From Thermoplasmatota archaeon (lineage in GTDB: Archaea; Thermoplasmatota; E2; DHVEG-1), in NCBI GenBank assembly GCA_016932245.1, contig JAFGDG010000086.1, positions 1 through 63,800 of the forward strand: a stretch of DNA of 63,800 nt, read 5' to 3'. Positions 27,827-38,299 of the stretch are shown piece by piece. The notes beneath the pieces were generated by a model that was not told where the DNA came from, made no database searches, and saw only the letters and a program-made list of their open reading frames with translations. Each line of letters begins with the position of its first letter. Positions within the stretch are counted from its first letter, which is position 1. Both the position numbers and the translations under genes were made by a program.

Positions 27827-28774
27827 TCATTCCCACTCAACTGTTCCCGGAGGCTTATTGGTTACATCATACACAATACGGTTGACACGGGTTCCCAATT
27901 CATTGGTAATTTTTGTCGATATTTTATCAATTACCTGGTGAGGAATAGTACTATATGAGCACGTCATTGCATCAATGCTGTGCACGGCACGAATGGCAAT
28001 GGTATGGCCATACGCCCGTTTGTCACCATGGACACCAACCGTCTTAACAGGAAGCAATACAGCAAAATACTGCCAAGGTTTCTCCATCTCTCCTTTTTCA
28101 ACTGCCTTCTCTATCTCAGTTTCAACAATATGGCATGCTTCTCTTGCTAATGCCGTTCTTTCTGGTGTTGCTTCTCCAATCACTCTTATGGAAAGCCCTG
28201 GCCCAGGAAAGGGTTGCCGCTCTGCGACAGGAAGTCCCAATACCCGTGCAATCTTCCGTACCTCATCTTTATATAAATCACGTAGTGGTTCAACGAGTTT
28301 CACATCCATTCTTTCAGGAAGACCGCCAACATTATGATGAGATTTTATCGTATCCCTTAGTTCCCCCCCTGATTCAATCCAATCTGGTGCAATCGTTCCT
28401 TGAACAAGATAGTCGATATTTTCTTTTTTTGCAACCTGCTCAAATAATCTAATAAATTTTTCACCGATAATCTTTCGTTTTTTTTCAGGGTCTTCAACCC
28501 CTTTTAACGCCGCATAAAACTCTTTACTTGCATCAATGAATTGATAGTTGAGACCAAGGTTCCTCATCAGTTTTTCTACAGACGCAGACTCTCCTTTTCG
28601 CATGTATCCTGTGTCTATATGTACCGCAATCAGTTGATCCCCAATTGCTTTGTTGACTAATGCTGCGCAAACCGTACTATCAACGCCACCAGAAAATGCA
28701 ATTAGCGTCTTCCCTGCGATCTCTTGTTTAAGTGTTGTGACCGACTCTTTGATAAAACGATCTGCGTTAAACAT
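27827..28774 (-). CDS. guaAB: GMP synthase subunit B
   Basis: SGGVDS, QGTIAPD, IKSHHNVGG, PFPGPGL, KPPGTVEWE. Confidence 0.96.
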   Translation of the reverse strand: MFNADRFIKESVTTLKQEIAGKTLIAFSGGVDSTVCAALVNKAIGDQLIAVHIDTGYMRKGESASVEKLMRNLGLNYQFIDASKEFYAALKGVEDPEKKRKIIGEKFIRLFEQVAKKENIDYLVQGTIAPDWIESGGELRDTIKSHHNVGGLPERMDVKLVEPLRDLYKDEVRKIARVLGLPVAERQPFPGPGLSIRVIGEATPERTALAREACHIVETEIEKAVEKGEMEKPWQYFAVLLPVKTVGVHGDKRAYGHTIAIRAVHSIDAMTCSYSTIPHQVIDKISTKITNELGTRVNRIVYDVTNKPPGTVEWE

Positions 28775-28783
28775 ATGTTCTCA

Positions 28784-29230
28784 CTATTTTACTAATGCCT
28801 TTTTTTTCATTTCCTTTCGGTATCGTTCCATTTGTTTCATGATCTTTTTGTCATTAATTGCACAGATTTCGAGTGCAAGTAACGCCGCGTTATCCCCCCT
28901 ATCAAGACCAACGCCCGCAACGGGAATTCCTGGCGGCATCTGAATGATTGACAGGATGGCATCAAGATTGACTTTTCCGCTTACCGGCACCCCGATAACT
29001 GGTTTTGTGGTATGTGATGCAATGGCTCCGGGTAAGGCAGCAGAGAGCCCTGCAATTCCAATAAAAACATCTGCATCACTATGTTCTACCATTTCTTTTA
29101 AAGCATCAGGTGTTCTATGGGCAGATGCAACATTAATTGAATATTCGACATCAAACCCTTTCAATATTGCTTTCGCTCTTTCTGCAACAGGCATGTCTGA
29201 TTTTGAGCCCATGATTATTTGAATCTTCAT
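28784..29230 (-). CDS. purE: N5-CAIR mutase/AIR carboxylase PurE
   Basis: [30 protein letters not shown]. Confidence 0.95.
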   Translation of the reverse strand: MKIQIIMGSKSDMPVAERAKAILKGFDVEYSINVASAHRTPDALKEMVEHSDADVFIGIAGLSAALPGAIASHTTKPVIGVPVSGKVNLDAILSIIQMPPGIPVAGVGLDRGDNAALLALEICAINDKKIMKQMERYRKEMKKKALVK

Positions 29231-29347
29231 ACCTATCAAACCTGGGAATGTCTGTTGATTAGTTAAGAGTTTCGACCTTTCAGAGAATCTGCCGTAAACT
29301 AATTATACATTGTTCTTATGTTGACAATCAAAAAATTTGGAATAGCA

Positions 29348-31387
29348 ATGAAACTTATTATCTGTGAAAAGAACATCGCTGCACGACGAATTGCATATAT
29401 TCTTTCTAATGGAAAAGTAAAGAACGGACGAATGGGTAGTACACCAATCTATGAATTTACGAAAGACAGTGAACCGTGGACGGTTATAGGATTGCGTGGG
29501 CATATTGTCAATCTTGATTTTCCTGCAGGTTTTAGTCAATGGGCTAAAACTCCCCCGAGTGAACTCATTACTGTTAACCCCTGTAAAAAAATAACAGAAA
29601 AACACATCGCCTCTTCTTTAAAATCATTGGTTGATAAAAACCCTTTTATCGTTGTTGCAACAGACTACGATCGTGAAGGCGAGCTCATAGGTGTTGAAGT
29701 TGTCAATCTTTTAAAAGAATATAACAGAGAGTTGCATACCATCAAACGAGCCAAGTTCAGTGCGATAACTCATTATGAAATTGTACAAGCATTTGAAAAG
29801 CTAGCAAATGTAGATTACAATCTTTCAAGTGCAGGAGAAGCAAGGCAAGTCATAGATCTCATTTGGGGTGCTGTTTTAACTCGATTTATTTCCCTGACTT
29901 CACGTCGTCTTGGTAAGGATTTTCTTTCTATCGGAAGAGTACAATCGCCGACCCTTGCCCTACTTGTTGAACGGGAAAAAACAATCAAAAACTTTGAGCC
30001 AAAAACATTCTGGAAAATAATTGCAAAACTCAAGAAACAAACTACCTTTGATGCCGTTCATAGTACTGGGCAATTTTGGGATAAAACGGATGTCGAGCGC
30101 ATCTATATTAAAGTGAAAGAAGCAAAGAAAGCAAAAGTATCTGATGTCAAAAAAGAAGTTATCAAAGAATATCCCCCTTCGCCTTTTAGCACGACAACGT
30201 TTTTACAATCGGCATCTCATCTCGGGTTATCTGCAGCTGGAGCAATGAAAATTGCGGAAGAGCTTTACATGGGCGGTCTCATTTCATATCCGCGAACAGA
30301 TAATACGGTTTATCCCCCTTCTCTCAATATAAAAGGTATTTTACAAAAATTATCCTTGTCGCCGTTTGCAAAAGAAGCAAAAGAAGTATTAACAAATGGA
30401 AGACAACGACCAACGAGAGGAAAAAAACAAACAACCGATCACCCCCCCATACATCCTGTTGGAGTACCGCAGGGAAGTAAGCTCACTCCTGATCAACAAA
30501 AAGTTTATGAACTAATCTGTCGCCGATTTTTGGCGACCCTTGCCAAAGACGCCATTTCAGAAACCTGCGACGTTTCTTTTGATATATCGGGGGAACCATT
30601 CCAAGCAAGCGGCTACCGAGTAATCGAGTCTCATTGGAAGACTATTTATCCGTACTTTAAAGAGAAAAAAAAACCACTTCCCGAGTTAACCAAAGGAGAG
30701 GAACTTGACATTGCTAAACTTACTTTAAAAGAGGATACCACAAAACCACCTCAACGATATACGCAAGGATCGCTTATTGCAAAAATGGAACAGCTTTCTC
30801 TTGGTACCAAATCCACCAGACATGAAATTATCAGCAAGCTGTATTCAAGAAGGTACATCACTGGTAACACTCTTGTGCCTACTTCAACTGCTATTGCGGT
30901 TATAGATGCTCTTGTCAACTGTGACGTTGTTAAACCAAAGATGACGGCAGAACTTGAAGAAGATATGAATAAAATTGCAATGGGTAAAAAAACATTAGAA
31001 GAAACCATTGCTGAATCACGACAGATGCTCACCACCGTTATGAAGGAATTGGAAAAAGACAAGGAGAAAATAAGAAACAACATCCAGCAAGCTCACCGAG
31101 AGCAAAATATGGTTGGAACGTGTCCAATATGTGGAAAAGTTATGATTATTCGCACTTCAAAGAAAGCAAAGCGATTCGTTGGCTGTACCGGCTATCCTCA
31201 ATGCACCAATACCTATTCACTGCCACAGAGGGGTGCAATTACTAAAACTGAGAAGAAATGCCCAACATGCGGTGCTCCTGTTGTTCGAGTGAAAATGGCA
31301 GGTAAAAAAGGGTGGATTTTATGTCTAAATTCTTCATGCCCGAGCAAGCGGACACGCCCTAACACTTCTCAATCCCCTTCTCAGTAA
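29348..31387 (+). CDS. topA: Type IA DNA topoisomerase with C-terminal zinc ribbons
   Basis: IICEK, ATDYDREGE, SIGRVQSP, ISYPRTD, C4 Zn ribbons. Confidence 0.95.
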   Translation: MKLIICEKNIAARRIAYILSNGKVKNGRMGSTPIYEFTKDSEPWTVIGLRGHIVNLDFPAGFSQWAKTPPSELITVNPCKKITEKHIASSLKSLVDKNPFIVVATDYDREGELIGVEVVNLLKEYNRELHTIKRAKFSAITHYEIVQAFEKLANVDYNLSSAGEARQVIDLIWGAVLTRFISLTSRRLGKDFLSIGRVQSPTLALLVEREKTIKNFEPKTFWKIIAKLKKQTTFDAVHSTGQFWDKTDVERIYIKVKEAKKAKVSDVKKEVIKEYPPSPFSTTTFLQSASHLGLSAAGAMKIAEELYMGGLISYPRTDNTVYPPSLNIKGILQKLSLSPFAKEAKEVLTNGRQRPTRGKKQTTDHPPIHPVGVPQGSKLTPDQQKVYELICRRFLATLAKDAISETCDVSFDISGEPFQASGYRVIESHWKTIYPYFKEKKKPLPELTKGEELDIAKLTLKEDTTKPPQRYTQGSLIAKMEQLSLGTKSTRHEIISKLYSRRYITGNTLVPTSTAIAVIDALVNCDVVKPKMTAELEEDMNKIAMGKKTLEETIAESRQMLTTVMKELEKDKEKIRNNIQQAHREQNMVGTCPICGKVMIIRTSKKAKRFVGCTGYPQCTNTYSLPQRGAITKTEKKCPTCGAPVVRVKMAGKKGWILCLNSSCPSKRTRPNTSQSPSQ

Positions 31388-32312
31388 TATACCCTGTAAT
31401 ATATTTTGCTGGCGTAATATCAAACGCAGGGTTTTTTACGTTAATCCAGCCAGGCATGATATCACAATCGTTTACTTGTAATACCTCGTCTCTCTTTCGC
31501 TGCTCTATAACAATTTCCTCCCCGCATTGAAGAGCGTTATCGAAGGTACTTATTGGCGCTGCAACATAAAAGGGAATATCGTTTTCCTTTGCAAGAACCG
31601 CTTTTTCGTAGGTCCCAATCTTGTTTGCCACGTCGCCATTTTTGGCAATACGATCTGCACCAGTAATAACTACATCAATCTCGCCCTTTTTCATGAAGTG
31701 GCCGGCAGCATTATCTGCAATCAGGGCGTAATTGATTCCTTCCTGTTCTAATTCCCATGCTGTAAGCATTCCCTGAAGGCGCGGCCTCGTTTCATCTACA
31801 AAAACAAACATCTTTTTTTTCTTTTTATGAGCGTTACGTAATGGCGCAAGGGCGGTTCCGTAGTCAACGGTCGCAAGGGCACCAGCATTACAATGGGTAA
31901 GAATGGTTGCCCCATCTCCGATTAACCTCTCGCCATGTTCTCCTATCCTTCTACACTTGTTGATTATGGTCTTTGCATAGGTATTGGCAAGCGTAAGTGC
32001 ATCCTTACCATTAGCTACCCCATCAGTCATATACTTGATTGAATAAAAAAGATCATATGCTGTAGGACGCGTTTTCCGTAGCTTATCTGCTGCCCCATCG
32101 CTATCTTTTTGCCCCAAGACCATGCCGTATGCCGCAGCAACTCCGATGGCTGGTGCACCACGAACCACCATGTCTTTTATAGCAAATACACATGCATCAA
32201 CGGTGTGAGCAGTATAGAATTCAAAGGTGTAAGGGAGTTTTCGTTGGTCAATGAAGCGTATGGCATCGTTTTCGAACCACAGAGCATGATATTCCTTTCC
32301 CTCGACGTTCAT
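31359..32312 (-). CDS. mtnA: Methylthioribose-1-phosphate isomerase (also 5-deoxyribose-1-P isomerase)
   Basis: DQRKLP, MVVRGAPAIG, RPTA, THCNAGALAT, DETRPRLQG, GADRI, NKIGTY, NPAFDITP. Confidence 0.92.
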   Translation of the reverse strand: MNVEGKEYHALWFENDAIRFIDQRKLPYTFEFYTAHTVDACVFAIKDMVVRGAPAIGVAAAYGMVLGQKDSDGAADKLRKTRPTAYDLFYSIKYMTDGVANGKDALTLANTYAKTIINKCRRIGEHGERLIGDGATILTHCNAGALATVDYGTALAPLRNAHKKKKKMFVFVDETRPRLQGMLTAWELEQEGINYALIADNAAGHFMKKGEIDVVITGADRIAKNGDVANKIGTYEKAVLAKENDIPFYVAAPISTFDNALQCGEEIVIEQRKRDEVLQVNDCDIMPGWINVKNPAFDITPAKYITGYITEKGIEKC

Positions 32313-32875
32313 GATTTCACTCCTAATGCTTCCAACATTGTACCTTCGACTTGCTGTAAATTGCTGCCCACAACAAATAATCCAGCATTTTTTATTATAA
32401 TGCTCCTACTCTTTCTTAATGTTGTAAGAATTTCCTTTGTAGACTCAAAACTTCCGGAAACACATTCGTTTTCAGTGGAAGGTATCTTTTTTCCTATCTT
32501 CGTTAGCATGTCCTTTCCTTCGAGTTGAATGATTACATTCACATCTGCCCGGGCACGATGGACAAGCCAATGCGTGGGCGTTTCAGGACACGGATATGTT
32601 GATCCTATTACCAACAGAATATTTTTTACTGGGTCATAGTCAACAATCTCAAGAAAATCTTCTCGTTGTAAATCACTGAGATTTTTTTTACTCCCCGTAC
32701 ACAACAATCGTTTTCCAAAACCAAAACTGATCACACCTCTAACAGAGTCAATAATACGTCGTTCCTTCAACAGTTTCCCAAGTTCTGCCAATTCGGCGAC
32801 AAGCGGACAACTACTTTGTTCTCTTGATATAAAAAAGGTTTGTACGCGTGTGTTTGTTAACCCTTTTTCAATCAT
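32309..32875 (-). CDS. Class II aldolase/adducin-fold protein with lost metal ligands
   Basis: PCPETPTHWLVHRARADVNVIIQLE (HxH replaced by QLE) and IIIKNAGL (NHG replaced by NAG); overlaps the mtnA start. Confidence 0.65.
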   Translation of the reverse strand: MIEKGLTNTRVQTFFISREQSSCPLVAELAELGKLLKERRIIDSVRGVISFGFGKRLLCTGSKKNLSDLQREDFLEIVDYDPVKNILLVIGSTYPCPETPTHWLVHRARADVNVIIQLEGKDMLTKIGKKIPSTENECVSGSFESTKEILTTLRKSRSIIIKNAGLFVVGSNLQQVEGTMLEALGVKS

Positions 32876-32918
32876 TACTCTCAGTAACCGTCACCCTTCT
32901 TTTATGTTTTGTCTGCTT

Positions 32919-33248
32919 TCATACCTTGCACCCACACTGTTTTTTCTTTAACAGTTGTTTTTGTTTTTCTAGAGTGTCAATAAATTCTGTTTGGATTCTT
33001 TCTCCTGTAGCAAGAGTTTTTTCAAGTAAGCTATTGTGGCGGTACCCTCGTCTCTTCATTTCTTCGGTTAGTGCTTCATGTCGTAGATAGAGTGCATGTA
33101 ATTTTCCTCTCCATCGCAGTGTTTCAGGATGATGAGCATACCCTTTCTTATTGTTAAGAATAATGGACCATATAGCATGAAGTTCTCGATGTTCCCCCAA
33201 TAAATGTTTTCTACACAATTTTTCAACAGAAATGTCCCATATTCTCAT
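32919..33248 (-). CDS. Pyrimidine dimer DNA glycosylase/T4 endonuclease V-like protein
   Basis: MRIWD...LCRKHLLGEHRELH, HHPETLRW, RHEALTEEMKRRGYRHNS. Confidence 0.85.
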   Translation of the reverse strand: MRIWDISVEKLCRKHLLGEHRELHAIWSIILNNKKGYAHHPETLRWRGKLHALYLRHEALTEEMKRRGYRHNSLLEKTLATGERIQTEFIDTLEKQKQLLKKKQCGCKV

Positions 33249-33271
33249 GTGCGCACCTTGGTGTAATAAAA

Positions 33272-33358
33272 CGCCGAGGGGGAGATTTGAACTCCCGCGA
33301 AGCCGAAGCCTCACGAGCTTTCCAGGCTCGCGCCGTAGCCAGACTGAGCCACCTCGGC
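33272..33358 (-). tRNA. tRNA-Ser(GGA)
   Basis: Reverse complement GCCGAGG...CGAGC-CT GGA AA-GCTCG, long variable arm, GTTCAAATC, CCTCGGC-G. Confidence 0.95.
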
Positions 33359-33387
33359 AAAAACACTAGCGGAATATCCTCTTCTTA

Positions 33388-34389
33388 TTAAGACTTTTTC
33401 CAGATGGAGGGATACGTTCCCTTTTTCATAAACACGCGCTCAATGGAAGCACACATGCCGGTGTCCTTGTGCATGATCTCTTCTGTAGAGAGTAAGGAAC
33501 GAACCACGGCAACGCCCTCTCCTTTCAAGGTCAGTACTGCAGTCATGTCGTCTTTTTTAATATCTGAATCAATCTCAACAACACCAGGAATTGCCAACCC
33601 TGCACCGTGGCACAATGCATCAGCTGCTGAATCCCGAATCACTATTTTTGGCAAATGAGTTAGTGCATGTTCTAAAGGCATGATTGTTGATCGAAGTCCC
33701 TTTTCATCGTTATTTTCCTTCCAAAACATGTATGCATCTTTAAGATCATGCAGTGTTACGGCATTTTCTTCGTGCAATTTCCCAACTTTTGTACGTCGCA
33801 ATTCAGCAAGATGTGCACCAGTTTTGAGTTTTCTACCGATATCGACACAAAGTGTTCGTACGTAGGTCCCCGCCTCACAACCAACCCGAAATAAAACATC
33901 CCTTTCTTTAATTTGGATAATGTCAAAATAATAGACTTGCCGTTTCCTGCGCACTCTTTTAACTGCAGATCGAACCGGCGGCATTTGTGATACATCACCA
34001 ACAAAACTCTGGCATACTTCTCGTATTTTCTTGTTGTCAACTTGCTTGTGTAGCTTCATCACTCCCACATATTCTTTTCCTGCAGAGAGAAGCACTTGCA
34101 ATACTTTTGTCGCTTCGCCAATACCAATGGGCAACACTCCTACAGCATTAGGATCAAGAGTGCCCCCATGACCAACCTTTTCAATTTCAAGGATTTGCCG
34201 TATCCATGCATCAACTTGATGGGATGTCGGACCACGAGGTTTATCTAAAATGATAATGCCATTGTCAAGAAGTTCCTGCATACTCCGTTGTTCCGGTGCT
34301 TTGCCATAATTTGGGTTGGTTTTTGCCTGGACTTTGATATGTCGCTTGCGCTTTTTATCTGAGGGAAAGACGAAATTCTTTTTCTTCAT
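33388..34389 (-). CDS. cbf5: H/ACA pseudouridine synthase Cbf5
   Basis: DKPRGPTSHQV, GHGGTLDP, QMPPVRSAVKR, GTYVR, PUA domain. Confidence 0.95.
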   Translation of the reverse strand: MKKKNFVFPSDKKRKRHIKVQAKTNPNYGKAPEQRSMQELLDNGIIILDKPRGPTSHQVDAWIRQILEIEKVGHGGTLDPNAVGVLPIGIGEATKVLQVLLSAGKEYVGVMKLHKQVDNKKIREVCQSFVGDVSQMPPVRSAVKRVRRKRQVYYFDIIQIKERDVLFRVGCEAGTYVRTLCVDIGRKLKTGAHLAELRRTKVGKLHEENAVTLHDLKDAYMFWKENNDEKGLRSTIMPLEHALTHLPKIVIRDSAADALCHGAGLAIPGVVEIDSDIKKDDMTAVLTLKGEGVAVVRSLLSTEEIMHKDTGMCASIERVFMKKGTYPSIWKKS

Positions 34390-34426
34390 GGTAGTGCACT
34401 ACAATAAATCTCTTATATAAAAAAGT

Positions 34427-34954
34427 CTACTTTTTGACATGCTTAAGAATCATATCGACAATCTCTTCAGCAGTTTTTTCTGATGAGTCTATTACTAAAT
34501 CATAAATGGAGTTATTGCTAAGCTCGACACCATAATATTGTTTATATCGCAATGCCTCGCTTCTTTCTCGTTTCCGTATCTCTCTTTTTCGCTGTTCTAC
34601 AGTACCGTTTTCTCGCTCTACAATTCGTGCGGCGCGAATGTCGATATCCGCATCAATAAAGACGGTAAAGGCAGGAATCTTATGTTCATAAGAAAGCCAT
34701 CCTGCTAATCTCCCCTCTATGATGACATTTCCCTTCTTTAAAACATCTAACTGTTCTTCATCAATCTTCTTATCAACGTTTTCATGTGTTTCGCAATACT
34801 TCCCAAAGTCCTCAAGAGACATGTCATACTTTTTTGCAAGCGTTCGAAAAATCATGCCAGAATAGACATAAGGAATACCAAGGCGTTTTTCCAACAATTG
34901 TGCAACCGTTGACTTTCCGCTTCCCGGTGTTCCACTTATTGTGATGGTTACCAT
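34427..34954 (-). CDS. cmk: Cytidylate kinase (archaeal)
   Basis: ITISGTPGSGKST, EGRLAG, RYKQYYG, YDLVIDS; conserved position in the block. Confidence 0.93.
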   Translation of the reverse strand: MVTITISGTPGSGKSTVAQLLEKRLGIPYVYSGMIFRTLAKKYDMSLEDFGKYCETHENVDKKIDEEQLDVLKKGNVIIEGRLAGWLSYEHKIPAFTVFIDADIDIRAARIVERENGTVEQRKREIRKRERSEALRYKQYYGVELSNNSIYDLVIDSSEKTAEEIVDMILKHVKK

Positions 34955-34961
34955 GATTCAA

Positions 34962-35624
34962 TTATTTTGCAGAAGGTAATATCTTTCCTTTTGTTGATTT
35001 CCACCAGTCCGTCCAAGTAATCCACTTCAGCCCTTGCCGTATTACTTGTCCAACAACCATGGAGAATATCAAATACAACCAAAGCCAAGCTTGCATGAGA
35101 AATGGCTTATAGAACAACGAAGCACCATCGCCCCATGGGACAGTAAAGAAATAATGGTCAAGTCCGCCAAGGAAATATCGTAACCACATGAAGATAGGAA
35201 CGATGAAAATAAACAAAAAAATCATCGGTTTCATCATGCCGCTGGATGCATCCGTTTGTTTTTTCATGATTTGCGGTTGCATTTTCATTAGCTTATTGAC
35301 ACGGTTCGTATTTCCTTCTTTACGAGCTTTTGATATCTCTTTCTGAAACGCTCGGGAAAGTTCTTGTGCTTCCCCCATTTTTTTCCAATCGGTAAACAGA
35401 CTGTTAAAAAATGAGGACAGAAAAACCACGATAATCCCCGCTAAAATTAATGTAACTAATGGAAAACTTCCATCAAAGCCAATGAGTGGATAAAATACGG
35501 TATTGAGTGATACGGCCAACCAGTTTGCGATAGCTTGGTTACCAAAGACAAAAATCATCAAAAACATTAGTACCATCAGCATCAGCAACTGGCTCCCTTG
35601 AGCCTTATTATTCATTTTTCTCAT
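34962..35624 (-). CDS. DUF106 / EMC3-TMCO1 (Oxa1 superfamily) membrane protein
   Basis: TM, coiled coil, MMKPM...IPIF-like segment, WLWLYLIFS; lies between adk and cmk. Confidence 0.88.
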   Translation of the reverse strand: MRKMNNKAQGSQLLMLMVLMFLMIFVFGNQAIANWLAVSLNTVFYPLIGFDGSFPLVTLILAGIIVVFLSSFFNSLFTDWKKMGEAQELSRAFQKEISKARKEGNTNRVNKLMKMQPQIMKKQTDASSGMMKPMIFLFIFIVPIFMWLRYFLGGLDHYFFTVPWGDGASLFYKPFLMQAWLWLYLIFSMVVGQVIRQGLKWITWTDWWKSTKGKILPSAK

Positions 35625-35640
35625 ACTATCATCTCTTGTG

Positions 35641-36189
35641 TTATTCTAATACCGGTGCTGCCTGTTGTACCGCATCATCGATAGCGTCGTCATGGTTAAA
35701 AACAATTTTGACCGTTGCACCAGACAATGCCGCATAGGCCATGGCAGCCGCTCGATTTATTTGTTGATGTTCTACAATTTGCTCTATGTCATCAGGGTCT
35801 CTTTTTCTTGTAGGATCTTTTGCTCTTCTGTCATATATTTCTTGAGGGTCGGCTTCTACGACGACGATGGTAGTTGGATGTAGTTTTTTAATAACCCGCT
35901 CGGGTAGCCCAGGCATGTATCCTTTCGGTGTTTTTATGGTGCAATGGGTATCTAAAATCACATTACCCATAGATGCAACCTTTTCTGCAGATTTTATCTG
36001 CAAATCTTTTTGCTGTTTCAAGGTGAGTTTTCTCATCCCATCTCTATCTTTTACTAGACCTAGTTCCTTTGCGATCTCAATCATAACAGTTCCAAAGGTA
36101 ACAAATTGTATGTCCATTCCTTCTGCCGCTTTTTTCATGACCGTTGTTTTGCCAACACCCGGTATTCCTGTTACAACGATAACTCCCAT
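35641..36189 (-). CDS. adkA: Adenylate kinase (archaeal)
   Basis: GIPGVGKTT, FGTVM, RDGMRKL, DTH, GYMPGLP. Confidence 0.95.
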   Translation of the reverse strand: MGVIVVTGIPGVGKTTVMKKAAEGMDIQFVTFGTVMIEIAKELGLVKDRDGMRKLTLKQQKDLQIKSAEKVASMGNVILDTHCTIKTPKGYMPGLPERVIKKLHPTTIVVVEADPQEIYDRRAKDPTRKRDPDDIEQIVEHQQINRAAAMAYAALSGATVKIVFNHDDAIDDAVQQAAPVLE

Positions 36190-36212
36190 AATAAAAACCT
36201 CGCCTATGTTTT

Positions 36213-37754
36213 TTATTCATTTCCAAAGAAGCCACGGAGTACTGGATGCATTTCCATTGCTTGCTCTTTACCAATTTGTTCATACAATTGAATGATAATA
36301 CTGACTGCCAACAATACACCTGTTCCGCTTACACTTCCTATAGTTCCTATCATATCTGCAAAACCCGCGAGGGCACCTATTGCCGCTCCGCCAATCACGG
36401 TTATAACTGGTATATATCTCTCGAGAACCTTTCTCAGTACTCGCGGGTCACGTCTGAAACCAGGTATCTGCATACCACTGCTCTGAATTTGTTTTGCAAC
36501 ATCATGCGCCCCCATATTTGTTGTTTCAATCCAGAATTTAGCAAAAAGAATAGATCCAAAAATCATCACGGACAGATAAATAATAACCTTCAGCGCAAAC
36601 TGCCAGGGCGCATGGTAAACAATACCACCCCCGCCACCTAGAATTGGCATAAGCCAACTATTTAACCCTCCAGGACTAGAAAGGTACCACGCACCGCCCG
36701 AAAGTGGTTGCGTACTAACAGTAAGATCGTAATTACCAATCCATGCTTGACCGCCCAGTAATGGAACGCCTGGATTATTATACAACAACATTGCAAACAT
36801 ATTGATATTTGCAAGTAACGCGGCCACTAAAATAACTGGGATAACAGATGCATATATCAGCCTAATTGGATATCTACCACGGGCGCCACGAACTCGACCG
36901 TGAGCAAGGGGCAATTCAATACGAGATGATTCCGCATAAACCACGATAAAGAAGATGAGGATGGTTCCCAGTAACGGTACAATGGCATTCTGATAACCAA
37001 TTTGTGGAGAACCCATAAACATCGTCTGATACCCCCAATTGACCATATCCCCTAACGACAGATGGGTTGCATAGTAATAGGTTCCTGGAATTACTCCTGC
37101 CGGAGGATTTGTTAAACTTATTTCTGCTGCCTGGACAGGCAACCAATTGAATAATCCTGTAAAAATAGATTGCGATACGCCTGCTGCGATAAACAGAGAA
37201 ATTCCGGAGCCAATTCCCCATTTTGAAATCAACTCGTCCATGAAGAATACAAGCAATGCCCCTATAACCAATTGGATGATAATAACCACGCTAGCCATAT
37301 CCCCGCCAATCAATCCAACCAAACCTTCGTTTGGCTGTAGATATCCAAAGATTTGGGGAATGGCTTCAACAAAAATCATCACAATAACAAGGATTTTTTG
37401 GGTTCCTTGGTAGATTGCTTTATCCTCTTTTTTTGTTAGATCAAGGTTAATGATTTTTGCACCAACAAAAAGCTGCAGAATAATAGATGCCGTAACAATA
37501 GGCCCGATTCCTAGGTGCATAATGGAACCAGAGGCACCAGCCATAATGAACCGATATTGTGAAAATAAATCAATAACGTCTCCTTTTAATCCAAAGATCA
37601 TCACGTTGGTTAGGATGTAATAAATAATCAAACAAAGTATTGTCCAAATGATTTTTGTTCGAAAATTAACATGCCCTTCAGGTTTAGCAATAGCAGGCCA
37701 TCGTTCAATAATCGGTTTTAGTGCAAATAATCGACTTTTTTTCTCTTCCACCAT
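36213..37754 (-). CDS. secY: Preprotein translocase SecY
   Basis: LGIGPIVTASII, DELISKWGIGSGISLFIAAG, IPGFRRD, GTGVLL. Confidence 0.97.
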   Translation of the reverse strand: MVEEKKSRLFALKPIIERWPAIAKPEGHVNFRTKIIWTILCLIIYYILTNVMIFGLKGDVIDLFSQYRFIMAGASGSIMHLGIGPIVTASIILQLFVGAKIINLDLTKKEDKAIYQGTQKILVIVMIFVEAIPQIFGYLQPNEGLVGLIGGDMASVVIIIQLVIGALLVFFMDELISKWGIGSGISLFIAAGVSQSIFTGLFNWLPVQAAEISLTNPPAGVIPGTYYYATHLSLGDMVNWGYQTMFMGSPQIGYQNAIVPLLGTILIFFIVVYAESSRIELPLAHGRVRGARGRYPIRLIYASVIPVILVAALLANINMFAMLLYNNPGVPLLGGQAWIGNYDLTVSTQPLSGGAWYLSSPGGLNSWLMPILGGGGGIVYHAPWQFALKVIIYLSVMIFGSILFAKFWIETTNMGAHDVAKQIQSSGMQIPGFRRDPRVLRKVLERYIPVITVIGGAAIGALAGFADMIGTIGSVSGTGVLLAVSIIIQLYEQIGKEQAMEMHPVLRGFFGNE

Positions 37755-37775
37755 TGTTCAAACCCGGATGCATTT

Positions 37776-38219
37776 TTACTTTTTCCCGTTCTTCTCTGGT
37801 TCTTCAACAGACTTTTCTTTGGTTACTTTGGGGAGAATAACCTTACCGCCCTTTCCCTCAATTTTTTCTATTGCTTTTACTGATGCAGCGTTAACTGTAA
37901 TTTTCATACTACTCTTAATAGTTCCCCCGCCAAGTAATTTATCGATACCTTCCTTTGTTAGATCAATATCCTTTTTTCCAGGGAATACTTCTTCCAGTTG
38001 ACCAACATTGATAGCCATTTCTTTTTTTATGATACCCTGCGGACGTTTAAATCCGTGCACCCCAAAATGATCGGGCATGTACTTCAGCATATGCATATAC
38101 CTATGTTTATGGAGACCAGCGTTGCCCCTGCCGCCTCTCAGACCCGCGCCTCTTCCTGCTTTTTTTCCTTTACCATGGGTCATTGATCCTCTGAATTTCT
38201 TTGTTTTTGTTCGGGCCAC
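37776..38219 (-). CDS. rpl15: 50S ribosomal protein uL15
   Basis: KFRGSMTHGKG...RGAGLRGGRGNAG, FGVHGF, KLLGGG; GTG start at 38219. Confidence 0.95.
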   Translation of the reverse strand: MARTKTKKFRGSMTHGKGKKAGRGAGLRGGRGNAGLHKHRYMHMLKYMPDHFGVHGFKRPQGIIKKEMAINVGQLEEVFPGKKDIDLTKEGIDKLLGGGTIKSSMKITVNAASVKAIEKIEGKGGKVILPKVTKEKSVEEPEKNGKK

Positions 38220-38299
38220 GTTATCACGATTCCTGCATTTTTCTTTGTTATAGGTCGAAAGCAGATATAGTAATATATTATTATACTTTCGGATAAGTT

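Noticed and set aside
33249..33314. N-terminal extension of the glycosylase ORF
   Set aside because: Runs through tRNA-Ser; the family start is MRIWD at 33248.
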